DNA of 32,000 nucleotides from Haloferax volcanii DS2 (GCF_000025685.1 NC_013967.1:1140001-1172000), one strand, 5' to 3'; positions 6,956 through 15,989 are shown, counted from the stretch's first letter. The notes: a model not told the origin generated them from the sequence alone. A program made the numbers and translations.

Positions 6956-9408
6956 ATCAGACCACCTTCACTTTGCGTTCGACCCCGATACACTTGAACA
7001 CGCCGGGCGAGTACCTCGATGAGATACAGGAGGAACGCGGCGGCGACGAACGCGACCGCCCAGTCGTCGCGCACGGGTTGGACGCCGGCGGCGTTGTCGC
7101 GGGCTGAGGCCGCGATTTCGGCCGCGTCGTTGGGGCCGTACATCGTCCCGCCGCTGTCGGAGACGGCGGCTTCGAGCGCGGCCGGCCGGCCGAACCCGGC
7201 GTGCTCGACGGGGTAGTTCACGGCGAAGGCGGTGTCGAGCACGTCCCGATAGCCCGTCTCGGTGGGGACGACCGTCGCCTCGTAGACGCCGGGGCTGACC
7301 GCCGAAAAGCGCAGTCCCTCGACGCCCCGCGGGCGCTCGCCGCCGCGGTAGACGACGGTCGTCGACTGGTCGACCCGGGTGTCCGACACCTCGGCGACGC
7401 CGGACGCCTTCCGCTCGGGGTCACCGATGACGTAGTTCGTGGACTTGGTGAGCAGGAGCGAGTCGGGACTTTGGAGCAGGCCGTCGAGCGTGCCGTCGCC
7501 CGCGTAAGTGGTGACGGTGGCGACGCGACCGAGCCCGTAGCGCCACGACGCGACCGCGGGAGTGCCGTCGTCGGCCGCGACGAGGAAGTTCGCGCCGCTC
7601 CTGACCGACACGTCGTTGACGCTGCCGGGGTTCGCGGTCAGCTCCACCCCGGCGGTGACGAAGTCGTTCTGGTCGACGACCGTGAGGCCGTCGCCGGCGT
7701 ACTGGCGGTTCGACCCGCCGAAGAGGATGCGGAGCCGGTCGGTCTCGTCGGCTCTGAGGTAGTTCCCGCCGGACGCCCGCGCGATGGCTCGGAGGGTCCG
7801 TTCGTTCGGGTTCGGCCCGGTCCCGATGGTGATGACGCTGACCCCGTCGCGACCGAGTTGGTCCGCGAGCGTCGCGGCGTCTTGGAACCGGTCGTGCCCG
7901 TCGCTGATGAGGATAATCGTCCCGCGCCTGTCGCCGAGCTGCTGAGCCGCGCCGTCGAGGCCGACGGCGATGTCGGTCGCGCCGCCGGACTCGAGGCGAC
8001 GGATGAGGTCGGCGGCCGACTCGCGGTTCGGCCCGAGCGGGCGGAGCGGCGCGACGTCGTAGGCGCGGTAGTTGAAGCCGACGATGCCGACCCGGTTCTC
8101 GTCGCCGAGTTGGTCGAGCGCGTCGAGCGCGACCGATTTCTGGACGCGCATCCCGCTTTCCGCGCTGCCGGAGACGTCGATGGCGAAGACGAGGTTCGTC
8201 TGCTGGGACGCGCCCTCGCCGGTCGTGACCGGCAGCATCGACGCGAGGCTCGACCCGTCGTAACCGCCGTTTTCGAACGCGTTGCGCCCGCCGACGGTCA
8301 GCAGGCCGCCGCCGTCGATGACGAACCGCTGGAGCGAGTCGGTGTTGCCCACGTCCTCGGCGCGGAGGTCCTGGAGGACGACGGCGTGGTACGACGAGAG
8401 GTCCGCGGGGACGGTCTCGGCGGTCTCCACGTCGTACAGCTGCGAGAGGTAGTCGCCGAACGGGTAGTCGCCGCGGGAGACGTACAGCACCCGCGGGGGC
8501 TCGACCACGCGGACCGTCTTGCGGAACACGTCGTTCGTCTGGAAGCGGTCGTCGCTCTCGATGCGAGCGGTGACGCGGTGGGTCCCGGTGGTCTCGAACG
8601 TCTGGGAGAACTCGACGCCGCCGGTGGTGTTGACCACCTCGCGGGCGACTTCCTCGCCGTCGACGTCCACGACGAGTTCGACGGTCGCGCCCTCGGCGCC
8701 CTCGGGAACGACCCCGTCGACCTGCGCGAGGAACGCGTTCTCGACGCCGACGCTGGTCTTCGACGGGCCGCTGACGGTGACGTACTGTTCGGTCTCGGTC
8801 GGTTCGACCCCGACCGCGCTCACGGTCGCGTTGAGGTCGCGGGCGAGCGTCGTCGCGGACGCGAGGCTCCGCCCCGAGGTGACCTGCCCGTCGGAGACGA
8901 GGACGACCGTCCCGTTCGGCCTGAGGTTTGCCGCGACGGCGTCACCGATGGGCGACGACCCGCCGCGGGCAACGGTCGAGGTGGTGACGGGGACGCCTTC
9001 GTCCTCGATGTCCGACGCGAGCTGCGACGCCACGTCCTCGGTGACGGCCATGCTGTCGGAGTCGTCGACGAGGAGCGTCACCTGCGGGTCGCCGTCGGTC
9101 ATCCGGGTCGCGACGGTGTACGGTCCCGCGGCCGCGACGACCAAGAGGACGACGACGAGAAGCCGGGACGCAAACAGGAGCCGCCGGGAGCGCCCGCCTG
9201 CGGTCCCGTCGGCCCCGCGGAAGATGAGCGCCCACGCGAGGAGCGCGGCCACCGGGAGCGCGACGAGGAACAGCGGGCGCTGGAGGCCGAGCGTCCGCCC
9301 GGCGGCCTCGACCGTCCACGCGAGGGGCGTCGTCGCGGCGGCGGGAGTCGTGGCGGCGACAGCGTCGAGCGCGGGCAGGACGGCCGACGCCGACCCGAGC
9401 GCCGCCAT
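6952..9408 (-). CDS. Large membrane-anchored protein with two vWA domains and GATase1-like (DUF1355-type) modules, 818 aa
   Basis: N-terminal TM pair and C-terminal TM helix (WAVAFVAAAFLLYLIEVL). MIDAS-like motifs LLVDDSDSM and FAIDVSGSA, with downstream VVLVSDG and IILISDG. The segment VLYVSRGDY...YHAVVLQD...FVIDGGGLLTVGG resembles a class I amidotransferase-like fold. Confidence 0.9.
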   Translation of the reverse strand: MAALGSASAVLPALDAVAATTPAAATTPLAWTVEAAGRTLGLQRPLFLVALPVAALLAWALIFRGADGTAGGRSRRLLFASRLLVVVLLVVAAAGPYTVATRMTDGDPQVTLLVDDSDSMAVTEDVASQLASDIEDEGVPVTTSTVARGGSSPIGDAVAANLRPNGTVVLVSDGQVTSGRSLASATTLARDLNATVSAVGVEPTETEQYVTVSGPSKTSVGVENAFLAQVDGVVPEGAEGATVELVVDVDGEEVAREVVNTTGGVEFSQTFETTGTHRVTARIESDDRFQTNDVFRKTVRVVEPPRVLYVSRGDYPFGDYLSQLYDVETAETVPADLSSYHAVVLQDLRAEDVGNTDSLQRFVIDGGGLLTVGGRNAFENGGYDGSSLASMLPVTTGEGASQQTNLVFAIDVSGSAESGMRVQKSVALDALDQLGDENRVGIVGFNYRAYDVAPLRPLGPNRESAADLIRRLESGGATDIAVGLDGAAQQLGDRRGTIILISDGHDRFQDAATLADQLGRDGVSVITIGTGPNPNERTLRAIARASGGNYLRADETDRLRILFGGSNRQYAGDGLTVVDQNDFVTAGVELTANPGSVNDVSVRSGANFLVAADDGTPAVASWRYGLGRVATVTTYAGDGTLDGLLQSPDSLLLTKSTNYVIGDPERKASGVAEVSDTRVDQSTTVVYRGGERPRGVEGLRFSAVSPGVYEATVVPTETGYRDVLDTAFAVNYPVEHAGFGRPAALEAAVSDSGGTMYGPNDAAEIAASARDNAAGVQPVRDDWAVAFVAAAFLLYLIEVLARRVQVYRGRTQSEGGLI

Positions 9409-11204
9409 CAGAGGTCACCCCGCCGGCGCAGGTAGGCCAACTCGACCATCGTCGCCGCGAGCGCGACCAGCGCGGCCCACTCGGTGAGCGGGTCCGGAAC
9501 CTCGCGCTCTTCGACCCGCGTCGGGTAGTCCGAGGGGGCCGACTCGCCGTCAAGCGGCGCGGCGGCCACGTCGGACTCGGCCTCGCTGAGGAGCGACGCC
9601 GAGAACCGCTCGTCGCCGACGCGGTAGAAGCCGGCGTCGTCGAGGCGGACCTCCGGGCCGGTCGCCTCGCCCGCGGGCGTCTCGACGGTCCGGTTCGCGC
9701 CCGCCGCGAGCGACCCGCCGGTCGCCCGGTTCAACTCGGAGAGCGTCGAGCGCCCGGCGAGGTAGAACACCGAGCGCTTCCAGAACACGGGGTACTGGTA
9801 GTTGTACTTGAACGCCGAGCTGTCCTCCATGAAGCCGTAGTAGAGGACGCGGCCGGCCCCGCGGCGCTCGACGGCGACGAGCGAGGTGCCGTCGGTCGTG
9901 TTCACGAGCGACTGGCCGGACCGGAGGTCACCCGCGACGTACTCGGTCGGTGGCGGGAAGGTGATATCGCGGGTTATCGGATGGCTCTCGACGGTCCCGA
10001 TGGTCGGATTCGTCTCGACGCTTCCCTGCGAGACGAGCCGCAGGTCGCCGTAGCTCGGCGACTCCTCTTGGGCCTGAATCGCCACGCCGCCGCCGTCGGC
10101 GACGATTTCGCGGCCGGCCTCGACGTTGCCCGCGAGCAGCCGACCGGGGTTGACGTTGCTGTAAATAACCACGTCGTAGTTCGTCGAGACGGCCGTCGGC
10201 GGGTTGTCCACGGTCAAAGACACCTCGGGGATGACCGACAGCGCGGCCGTCAGATATCGGTTCTCGTCGTTCGTGAGGACGAGCACGTCCACCGAGGCGT
10301 CCCCGGGGGCCGCGACGTACAGCGCGTCGTCGGTCGGGAAGGCGTCGCCCGGCGAGAGTTCGACGCGCCCGCCGCCCGCGGGGACCGGGAGCGTCGCGGT
10401 CGCCACGTCACCGGGGTCCATGCGGACCTCTCGGGTGGCTCCGGCGAGCGAGAGCGTCCGCGTCGCCGCCGAATCGCCGTAGTTCTTCACCGTCACGGTG
10501 ACGTTCGCGCCGGAGAAGCGCCGGTCGACGATGCCGACGTTGCCCGCGCCGCCGCCCGCGAACTGCTGGAGTTCGACCACGAGGCCGCGGGCGCGGGCTT
10601 CGCGGACCGCGTCGCTCCACGGCGAGTCGTCCGCGAAGTCGCTCAGAACGACGACGCGGGCGTCCTCGCCGGCGACGGAGGCGGCGGCGGTAATCGCGGA
10701 GCGCAGGTCACCCGGCGCGTCGCTCGCTTGCAGGCCGTCGAGGGCGGCGCGGGCGTCGGTCGCGCTCCCCCGGCGGAGCACTACGTCCGCGCTCGCGCCC
10801 GCCGCAACGACCGAGGTCGTGCCGGACACCTCGTCTCGCGCCGCGGCGAGGGCGCTGTCGAATCGCGTCCCGCCGCCGTCGCGGACGCCCATGCTCGCGC
10901 TCGTGTCCACGACGAGGACGGTCTCTTGGACCGTCTCCGACTCGGGAACCAGCACGTACGGCGTCGCCAGCGAGCCGACGAGCGCGACGAGCGCGACCAG
11001 TTGGATGAGGAGAAGCAGGCTCCGAAGCAGCCGGTCGAAGATGGGGTTCGAAGCGCTTCGCCCCGCCGCGTCCGCGAGGAACCGGAAGGTCGGGAGGGTG
11101 CGCCGGACCGGCTCCGGCCGCAACAGATAGAGGATGATGAGCGGGACTGCCCCCAGGAGGGCGACCAACCCGAGGGGGAACAAGAAGAACTCGGTGAGGG
11201 CCAT
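9408..11204 (-). CDS. BatA-N-type (aerotolerance-regulator N-terminal) vWA membrane protein, 598 aa
   Basis: Start chosen at the ATG at 11204 (MALTEFFLFPLGLVALLGAVPLIILYLLRPEP..., a BatA_N-like pattern that normally sits at the extreme N-terminus). MIDAS motif VLVVDTSASM; C-terminal TM helix WAALVALAATMVELAYL. The stop overlaps the next start (TGATG). The 128-residue upstream extension in the track is basic and non-halophilic. Confidence 0.85.
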   Translation of the reverse strand: MALTEFFLFPLGLVALLGAVPLIILYLLRPEPVRRTLPTFRFLADAAGRSASNPIFDRLLRSLLLLIQLVALVALVGSLATPYVLVPESETVQETVLVVDTSASMGVRDGGGTRFDSALAAARDEVSGTTSVVAAGASADVVLRRGSATDARAALDGLQASDAPGDLRSAITAAASVAGEDARVVVLSDFADDSPWSDAVREARARGLVVELQQFAGGGAGNVGIVDRRFSGANVTVTVKNYGDSAATRTLSLAGATREVRMDPGDVATATLPVPAGGGRVELSPGDAFPTDDALYVAAPGDASVDVLVLTNDENRYLTAALSVIPEVSLTVDNPPTAVSTNYDVVIYSNVNPGRLLAGNVEAGREIVADGGGVAIQAQEESPSYGDLRLVSQGSVETNPTIGTVESHPITRDITFPPPTEYVAGDLRSGQSLVNTTDGTSLVAVERRGAGRVLYYGFMEDSSAFKYNYQYPVFWKRSVFYLAGRSTLSELNRATGGSLAAGANRTVETPAGEATGPEVRLDDAGFYRVGDERFSASLLSEAESDVAAAPLDGESAPSDYPTRVEEREVPDPLTEWAALVALAATMVELAYLRRRGDL

Positions 11205-11394
11205 GCCCGACCCGTGGCGCGCCTCCGGTATGTCTGTTTCCCCATTTGTTGACACGTTCCGCAATACCGACCTATCGGAATGCGCGACTGTTCGGCGCAA
11301 CCGCCCGTGACCACCCCCCGGACAATTACTGTCAGGCATTATATTGTCAACTAAAACTACGTCATTGCATAACAATGCACTTGAATCATAACAC

Positions 11395-11408
11395 GATATA
11401 ATTTTATG
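11395..11408 (+). promoter_or_regulatory. TATA-like box for nhaC within an A/T-rich divergent promoter island
   Basis: GATATAATTTTATG ends about 25 nt before the ATG at 11434. The surrounding region 11330-11433 is conspicuously A/T-rich. Confidence 0.45.
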
Positions 11409-11433
11409 CTCTAAAGTTATTTGTTGAGCTACG

Positions 11434-12891
11434 ATGGGAACTGATAGGTACACACCGCGGTCGTACGACGACATCGCCCCGGACCAGCGTCCGTCGCTGA
11501 AACAGGCGCTCGTTCCGGTGCTCGGACTCGTCGCCTTCCTCGGTCTCGGGTCGGCGTGGCTGGGGCTCGACCCGCACATCCCGCTCATCTGGAGTATCGC
11601 GCTGGTCGGCCTCCTCGGTCGGTTCGTCTGGGGCTACACCTGGGAGGACCTCTACGAGGGCATCGAACGCAGTCTGGCGATGGGGTTACAGGCGATTCTC
11701 ATCCTGTTTACCATCTACGGCGTCGTCTCGACGTGGGTCGCCGCGGGGACGATTCCGACGCTGATGTACTACGGCCTCGACCTGCTGTCGCCGCAGGTGT
11801 TCCTGCCCGCGACGGCGCTCCTCGTCGGCATCGCCACCTTCGCCATCGGTTCGTCGTGGACCGCGGTCGGCACGCTCGGCGTCGCCTTCATTGGCATCGG
11901 CTCGGGGCTCGGCGTCCCCGAACCGATGACGGCCGGCGCGATTCTCACCGGCGCGTACGCGGGCGACAAGCAGTCGCCGCTGTCGGACACGACGAACCTC
12001 GCCGCCGCCGTCACGAACACCGACCTCTACGACCACATCCGCGCGATGCGAAACGGGACGGCCGTCGCGTTCGGCCTCTCGCTCGTCGGCTTCGTCATCC
12101 TCAGCCTCGGCATCACCGGGACGATTCCGGCCGGCCAAATCGCCGAGATTCAGACCGCCCTCGCCTCCTCGTACGACATCACGCTCCTCGCGTTCCTGCC
12201 GCTCGCGGTCACGTTCGGCCTCGCCGCGGCGGGCTACCCCGCGCTGACGGTCCTCCTCGCGGGCGCGTTCGCCGGCGCGTTCACGAGCATCCTCGTACAG
12301 GGCGCGTCGTTCGTCACGGCGTGGCAGACGTTCATGAGCGGCACCGGCCCCGAAACCGGCTCCGAACTCGTCAACAGCCTGCTCGCCTCCGGCGGCGTCT
12401 CCGGCTCCGCGTGGACTATCGCCGTCGTCGTCGCGGCGCTGACGCTCGGCGGCCTGCTCGAACAGACCGGCGTGCTCGCCGTGCTCGCCCACCGCCTCCA
12501 GCGCGGTATTCGGAGCCCGCGCCTGCTCGTCGCCTCCACCGGCGTCTCGGCGATGCTGACCAACGCGCTCACCGCCCAGCAGTACATGAGCATCGTCGTC
12601 CCCGGCATGACGCTCCGCGACACCTACGACGAGTTCGGCCTCGACAGTTCGGACCTCTCGCAAGCCATCGAGTCCGCCGGGACCCCGACCGGTGCGCTCC
12701 TCCCGTGGCACGCCGGCGGCGCGTACATGGCCGGCGTCCTCGGCGTCTCGACCCTCCAGTACGCCCCGTACTACATGTTCGGCTACCTCTCTCCGCTCGT
12801 GTTGTTCGCCTTCGTCCTCGCGGGCGTCGGCTTCTCGGGCAACGGCACGGCACAGCCCGGCCGCGCCGCTCCGGCGGCGGACGACGACTGA
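11434..12891 (+). CDS. nhaC: Na+/H+ antiporter, NhaC family (485 aa)
   Basis: Polytopic membrane protein. IPLIWSIALVGLLG...GIERSLAMGLQAILILFTIYGVVSTWVAAGTIPTLMYYGL is typical of NhaC. Confidence 0.88.
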   Translation: MGTDRYTPRSYDDIAPDQRPSLKQALVPVLGLVAFLGLGSAWLGLDPHIPLIWSIALVGLLGRFVWGYTWEDLYEGIERSLAMGLQAILILFTIYGVVSTWVAAGTIPTLMYYGLDLLSPQVFLPATALLVGIATFAIGSSWTAVGTLGVAFIGIGSGLGVPEPMTAGAILTGAYAGDKQSPLSDTTNLAAAVTNTDLYDHIRAMRNGTAVAFGLSLVGFVILSLGITGTIPAGQIAEIQTALASSYDITLLAFLPLAVTFGLAAAGYPALTVLLAGAFAGAFTSILVQGASFVTAWQTFMSGTGPETGSELVNSLLASGGVSGSAWTIAVVVAALTLGGLLEQTGVLAVLAHRLQRGIRSPRLLVASTGVSAMLTNALTAQQYMSIVVPGMTLRDTYDEFGLDSSDLSQAIESAGTPTGALLPWHAGGAYMAGVLGVSTLQYAPYYMFGYLSPLVLFAFVLAGVGFSGNGTAQPGRAAPAADDD

Positions 12892-12930
12892 CGCGACGAG
12901 AACCCGGGCCGCGGTATCGAGCCGACCTGC

Positions 12931-12940
12931 GCTTTTTTAC
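12931..12940 (+). terminator. Oligo-T terminator after nhaC
   Basis: GCTTTTTTAC (T6) lies about 40 nt after the stop and overlaps the stop codon of the convergent gene. Confidence 0.4.
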
Positions 12941-13533
12941 CGCTCTACCGCCGCTCTGAGCGCCCGCACCTCGTCGCGGACGGCGACCCACTGCTCGACC
13001 GTGCCGGGGAGTTCGTCGCGGTCGTCGTGGCCCTCGATTCGGTCGCGGAGAGCGCCGGGGTCGTCCACGTCCTCGAACCGGATTGCGCCGCCGCCCGCGG
13101 CCTCGACCGAGACGGTCCCGTAGCCGAACCACGACCCCGTGACGCCCTGCGAGAGCGCGCTGTTCTGGACGCGGTCGAGCGAGACGCGCTGGACCGTCCG
13201 AGAGAGGACGCCCGTCTTCCGGTAGAGCGCCCGGTCGGTGACGACGTAGCGCGTGTTGGTGACCCGGAGGTACGACCACGCGGGCAGGAACGGGCCGACG
13301 AGGCCGACGACCGCGAGTTCGGACACGCCGTTCGCGGTGGCCGCGACGGCCGCGACGACGACGACGGCGAGCCCGACGACGGCCGCGGGGATGACGGTCT
13401 GTATCCGCGGCCGACCCTCCCAGCGGACGGTCTCGTCGTCGCCGCGTGCCAGCCAGTCGTCGATGGCCGCGACGGTTTCCTCGGACGATTCGGCCACAGT
13501 CGAGCCCCCGTTGCTCGAATCGCCGCCCGTCAT
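12937..13533 (-). CDS. Membrane bPH2 (YdbS/YdbT-like PH domain, DUF304) protein, 198 aa
   Basis: A two-TM hairpin is followed by YVVTDRALYRKTGVLSRTVQRVSLDRVQN...GYGTVSVEAAGG, the bacterial-type PH domain pattern. Confidence 0.85.
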   Translation of the reverse strand: MTGGDSSNGGSTVAESSEETVAAIDDWLARGDDETVRWEGRPRIQTVIPAAVVGLAVVVVAAVAATANGVSELAVVGLVGPFLPAWSYLRVTNTRYVVTDRALYRKTGVLSRTVQRVSLDRVQNSALSQGVTGSWFGYGTVSVEAAGGGAIRFEDVDDPGALRDRIEGHDDRDELPGTVEQWVAVRDEVRALRAAVER

Positions 13534-14183
13534 CGCTCGTCGGTCGTCGCGTCGAACTCGAAGTCGCTCGGTTCGAGCGCGTCGTCGCCTGCGGCGTCGG
13601 GGTCGGGGACGGCGTCGGGTTCGTCGCCCGCTCGGTCGGTCGCGTCGTCGCCCGCATCATCGCCCGCGACGCCGACCTCGCCGTCGACGGCCTGCCGAAT
13701 CGCGCGGAGTTCGGTCAGGATGTCGTCGAGGACGGCCGCCTTCCCCTCTGCGTCGGTTTCCGACCCGGAGCGGCGCTTGATTCGCTCGTTGACGAGCGTC
13801 TGGAGCGACTGCGGGTCGGCGACGTTCTGGAAGCTCATCTCGATGCCGCTTCCGCCGGCGGTGCTGATGTCGACGGAGCCGTAGCCGAACTGTCCGCCGA
13901 GGAACGTCTGGCTGTAAGAGGTGTCCTGCACCTTGTCGAACTCGATGCGCTGGACGTTCCGGGAGAGGACGCCCGTCTTCCGGTAGAGCGCGTCTGAGGT
14001 GACGACGTAGTTCGTGTTCTTGTGCGAGAGATACGACCCGACGAGGAGCGGGATGCCCACGAGGACGAACGACAGCGGGACGCCGACGATGAAGGAGGGC
14101 ACGAGGCTGTACGGGTGCGGGGTGTCGGCCCAGAGAACCTCTTCGTCGTCGTCGAGGGTAATCCAATCGAACTCGGTATCCAT
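13530..14183 (-). CDS. Membrane bPH2 (YdbS/YdbT-like) protein paralog with acidic tail, 217 aa
   Basis: YVVTSDALYRKTGVLSRNVQRIEFDKVQD...GYGSVDISTAGG is clearly paralogous to the downstream gene. I prefer the ATG at 14183 (MDTEFDWITL) over the GTG at 14192 used in the track. ATGA overlap with the downstream paralog. Confidence 0.85.
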   Translation of the reverse strand: MDTEFDWITLDDDEEVLWADTPHPYSLVPSFIVGVPLSFVLVGIPLLVGSYLSHKNTNYVVTSDALYRKTGVLSRNVQRIEFDKVQDTSYSQTFLGGQFGYGSVDISTAGGSGIEMSFQNVADPQSLQTLVNERIKRRSGSETDAEGKAAVLDDILTELRAIRQAVDGEVGVAGDDAGDDATDRAGDEPDAVPDPDAAGDDALEPSDFEFDATTDER

Positions 14184-14319
14184 CGCTGACACGTTTTCCC
14201 CGGCGATGGAATAGTGTTCCGCCGGCTGCGGCCGCCGTCAGTGAGTAACGGTGTCAACCAACATGACAATTCCACCCGGTTGGGCAAACCATTTTACCGA
14301 TGCCTGCAACGGACTGTCC

Positions 14320-14805
14320 ATGGACAAGCAGTCACTGCTCGACTTGCTGCGTCACGACGCTCGCGAGAGCGTAGATGACATCGCCCGCCAGCTGGGCGCA
14401 GACGCCGAAGCAGTGGCAGCAGCGCTCGAAGAACTCGAAGACGACGGGGTCATCCGCGGCTACCAGGCGGTCGTCGACTGGAACAGCGTCGACGAGGAAC
14501 ACGTTCGCGCGCAGGTCGAAGTCGACGTCGAACTCGACCGCGAGACGGGCTACGAGGAGATTGCCCGCCGCATCGCGCGGTTCCCCGAGGTCGCCACGCT
14601 GCGACTAGTCTCCGGCGACTACGACTTCTTCATCGAGGTCGAAGGCGCGTCGATGCACGCCGTCTCGAACTTCGTCTCCGAGCGCATCGCCCCCATCCCC
14701 GAGGTCACGAAGACGGTCACGCACTTCGTGATGGACTCCTACAAGGAGGAGGGCATCGAACTCGGCGACGGCGACGACGACGACCGGCTCTCAGTGTCGC
14801 CATGA
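14320..14805 (+). CDS. Lrp/AsnC family transcriptional regulator (161 aa)
   Basis: MDKQSLLDLLRHDARESVDDIARQLGADAEAVAAALEELEDDGVIRGYQAVVDW (HTH_AsnC) plus a RAM domain (RLVSGDYDFFIEVEG). The start at 14320 is preferred over 14251 because CATTTTACC sits about 25 nt upstream and the N-terminus is canonical. Confidence 0.85.
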   Translation: MDKQSLLDLLRHDARESVDDIARQLGADAEAVAAALEELEDDGVIRGYQAVVDWNSVDEEHVRAQVEVDVELDRETGYEEIARRIARFPEVATLRLVSGDYDFFIEVEGASMHAVSNFVSERIAPIPEVTKTVTHFVMDSYKEEGIELGDGDDDDRLSVSP

Positions 14806-15953
14806 CGCTCGGCGACCAGCTTTCGGACCGCGTCGAACAGGTGCCGCCGTCGGGCATTCGGAAGTTCTTCGAACTCGCCGAGGAGGTCGACGACGTCATC
14901 TCTCTCGGCGTCGGCGAACCCGACTTCTCCGCGCCGTGGGCCGCCCGGACGGCCGCCATCGACTCGCTCGAACGCGGCAAGACCTCCTACACGTCGAACC
15001 GCGGGATGCGCGAACTCCGCGAGGCCATCTCGGAGCGCGTCACCCGCTACGGGCAGGAGTACGACCCCGAAGACGAGATTATCGTCACGACGGGCGCGAG
15101 CGAGGCCGTCGACCTCGCGTTCCGGGCGTTCGTCAACCCCGGCGACGTGGTGGCGATTCCCCAGCCGTCGTACATCTCGTACACGCCGGGGGCCATCTTC
15201 GCCGGCGGCGAACCGCTCCCGGTGCCGACCCGCGCCGAAGACGAGTTCAAACTCACGCCCGAGGCGCTCGAAGCCGCGGGGGCCGACGAGGCCGACGTGC
15301 TGGTGCTCTGCTACCCGAACAACCCGACCGGCGCGGTGATGACCGACGACGAACTCGCCGACGTGGCCTCGTTCGTCAGGGACCACGACCTCGTCGTGCT
15401 CTCCGACGAGATCTACTCCGACCTCCGGTACGAGGACGACCACGCCTCCATCGCCACCCACCCCGGCATGCGCGAGCGGACCATCGTGTTCAACGGCTTC
15501 TCGAAGGCCTACGCGATGACCGGACTGCGTCTCGGCTACGCCATGGGGCCGCCGGGGGCCATCGACGCGATGAACAAGGTCCACCAGTACGCGATGCTTT
15601 CCGCGCCCACGACGGCGCAGTACGCGGCGCTCGAAGCGCTGCGGTCCTGCGACGACTCCGTCGAGGAGATGCGCCGCGAGTACGACCGCCGCCGGCGGTT
15701 CGTCCTCGCCCGCTTCGAGGAGATGGGACTCGACTGCTTCGAGGCGAAAGGCGCGTTCTACGTCTTCCCCGAGGCCCCCGACGGCGACGACGAGGCGTTC
15801 GCCGAGGGCCTCCTCGAAGAACAGAACGTCGCGCTCGTCCCGGGAAGCGTCTTCGGTGAGGGCGGCGCGGGCCACCTCCGCGTCTCCTACGCGACGGGGA
15901 TGCGCGAACTCCGCGAGGCGATGGACCGCATCGAGGCGTACGTCAGCGACTGA
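14802..15953 (+). CDS. PLP-dependent class I/II aminotransferase (aspartate/aromatic type), 383 aa
   Basis: PNNPTGAV and FSKAYAMTGLRLGY (PLP lysine) motifs. ATGA overlap with the Lrp gene. Confidence 0.95.
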   Translation: MTLGDQLSDRVEQVPPSGIRKFFELAEEVDDVISLGVGEPDFSAPWAARTAAIDSLERGKTSYTSNRGMRELREAISERVTRYGQEYDPEDEIIVTTGASEAVDLAFRAFVNPGDVVAIPQPSYISYTPGAIFAGGEPLPVPTRAEDEFKLTPEALEAAGADEADVLVLCYPNNPTGAVMTDDELADVASFVRDHDLVVLSDEIYSDLRYEDDHASIATHPGMRERTIVFNGFSKAYAMTGLRLGYAMGPPGAIDAMNKVHQYAMLSAPTTAQYAALEALRSCDDSVEEMRREYDRRRRFVLARFEEMGLDCFEAKGAFYVFPEAPDGDDEAFAEGLLEEQNVALVPGSVFGEGGAGHLRVSYATGMRELREAMDRIEAYVSD

Positions 15954-15989
15954 ATCGACCGGGCGAAACCCGACTCGACCCCGTCACCC

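Noticed and set aside
7201-11252. 744 aa (7201..9435 +) and 423 aa (9981..11252 +) ORFs, plus other frames over the vWA genes
   Set aside because: They are antisense shadow ORFs with Arg/Asp/Gly-rich junk composition. The minus-strand vWA proteins have MIDAS motifs and TM anchors.
11205-11588. N-terminal 128-residue extension of track ORF 9408..11588
   Set aside because: The extension runs through the A/T-rich promoter island and is basic and Cys-rich. The BatA_N-type hydrophobic N-terminus begins at the ATG at 11204. An upstream start cannot be fully excluded.
11556-13660. ORFs 11556..12959 (+), 11686..12711 (-) and 12569..13660 (-)
   Set aside because: They are Arg/Pro-rich alternative frames of nhaC and the bPH2 genes, with no plausible protein features.
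14739-15875. 378 aa minus-strand ORF and 307 aa plus-frame ORF over the aminotransferase
   Set aside because: They are shadow frames. The frame at 14802..15953 carries the PLP-lysine motif and all the family signatures.
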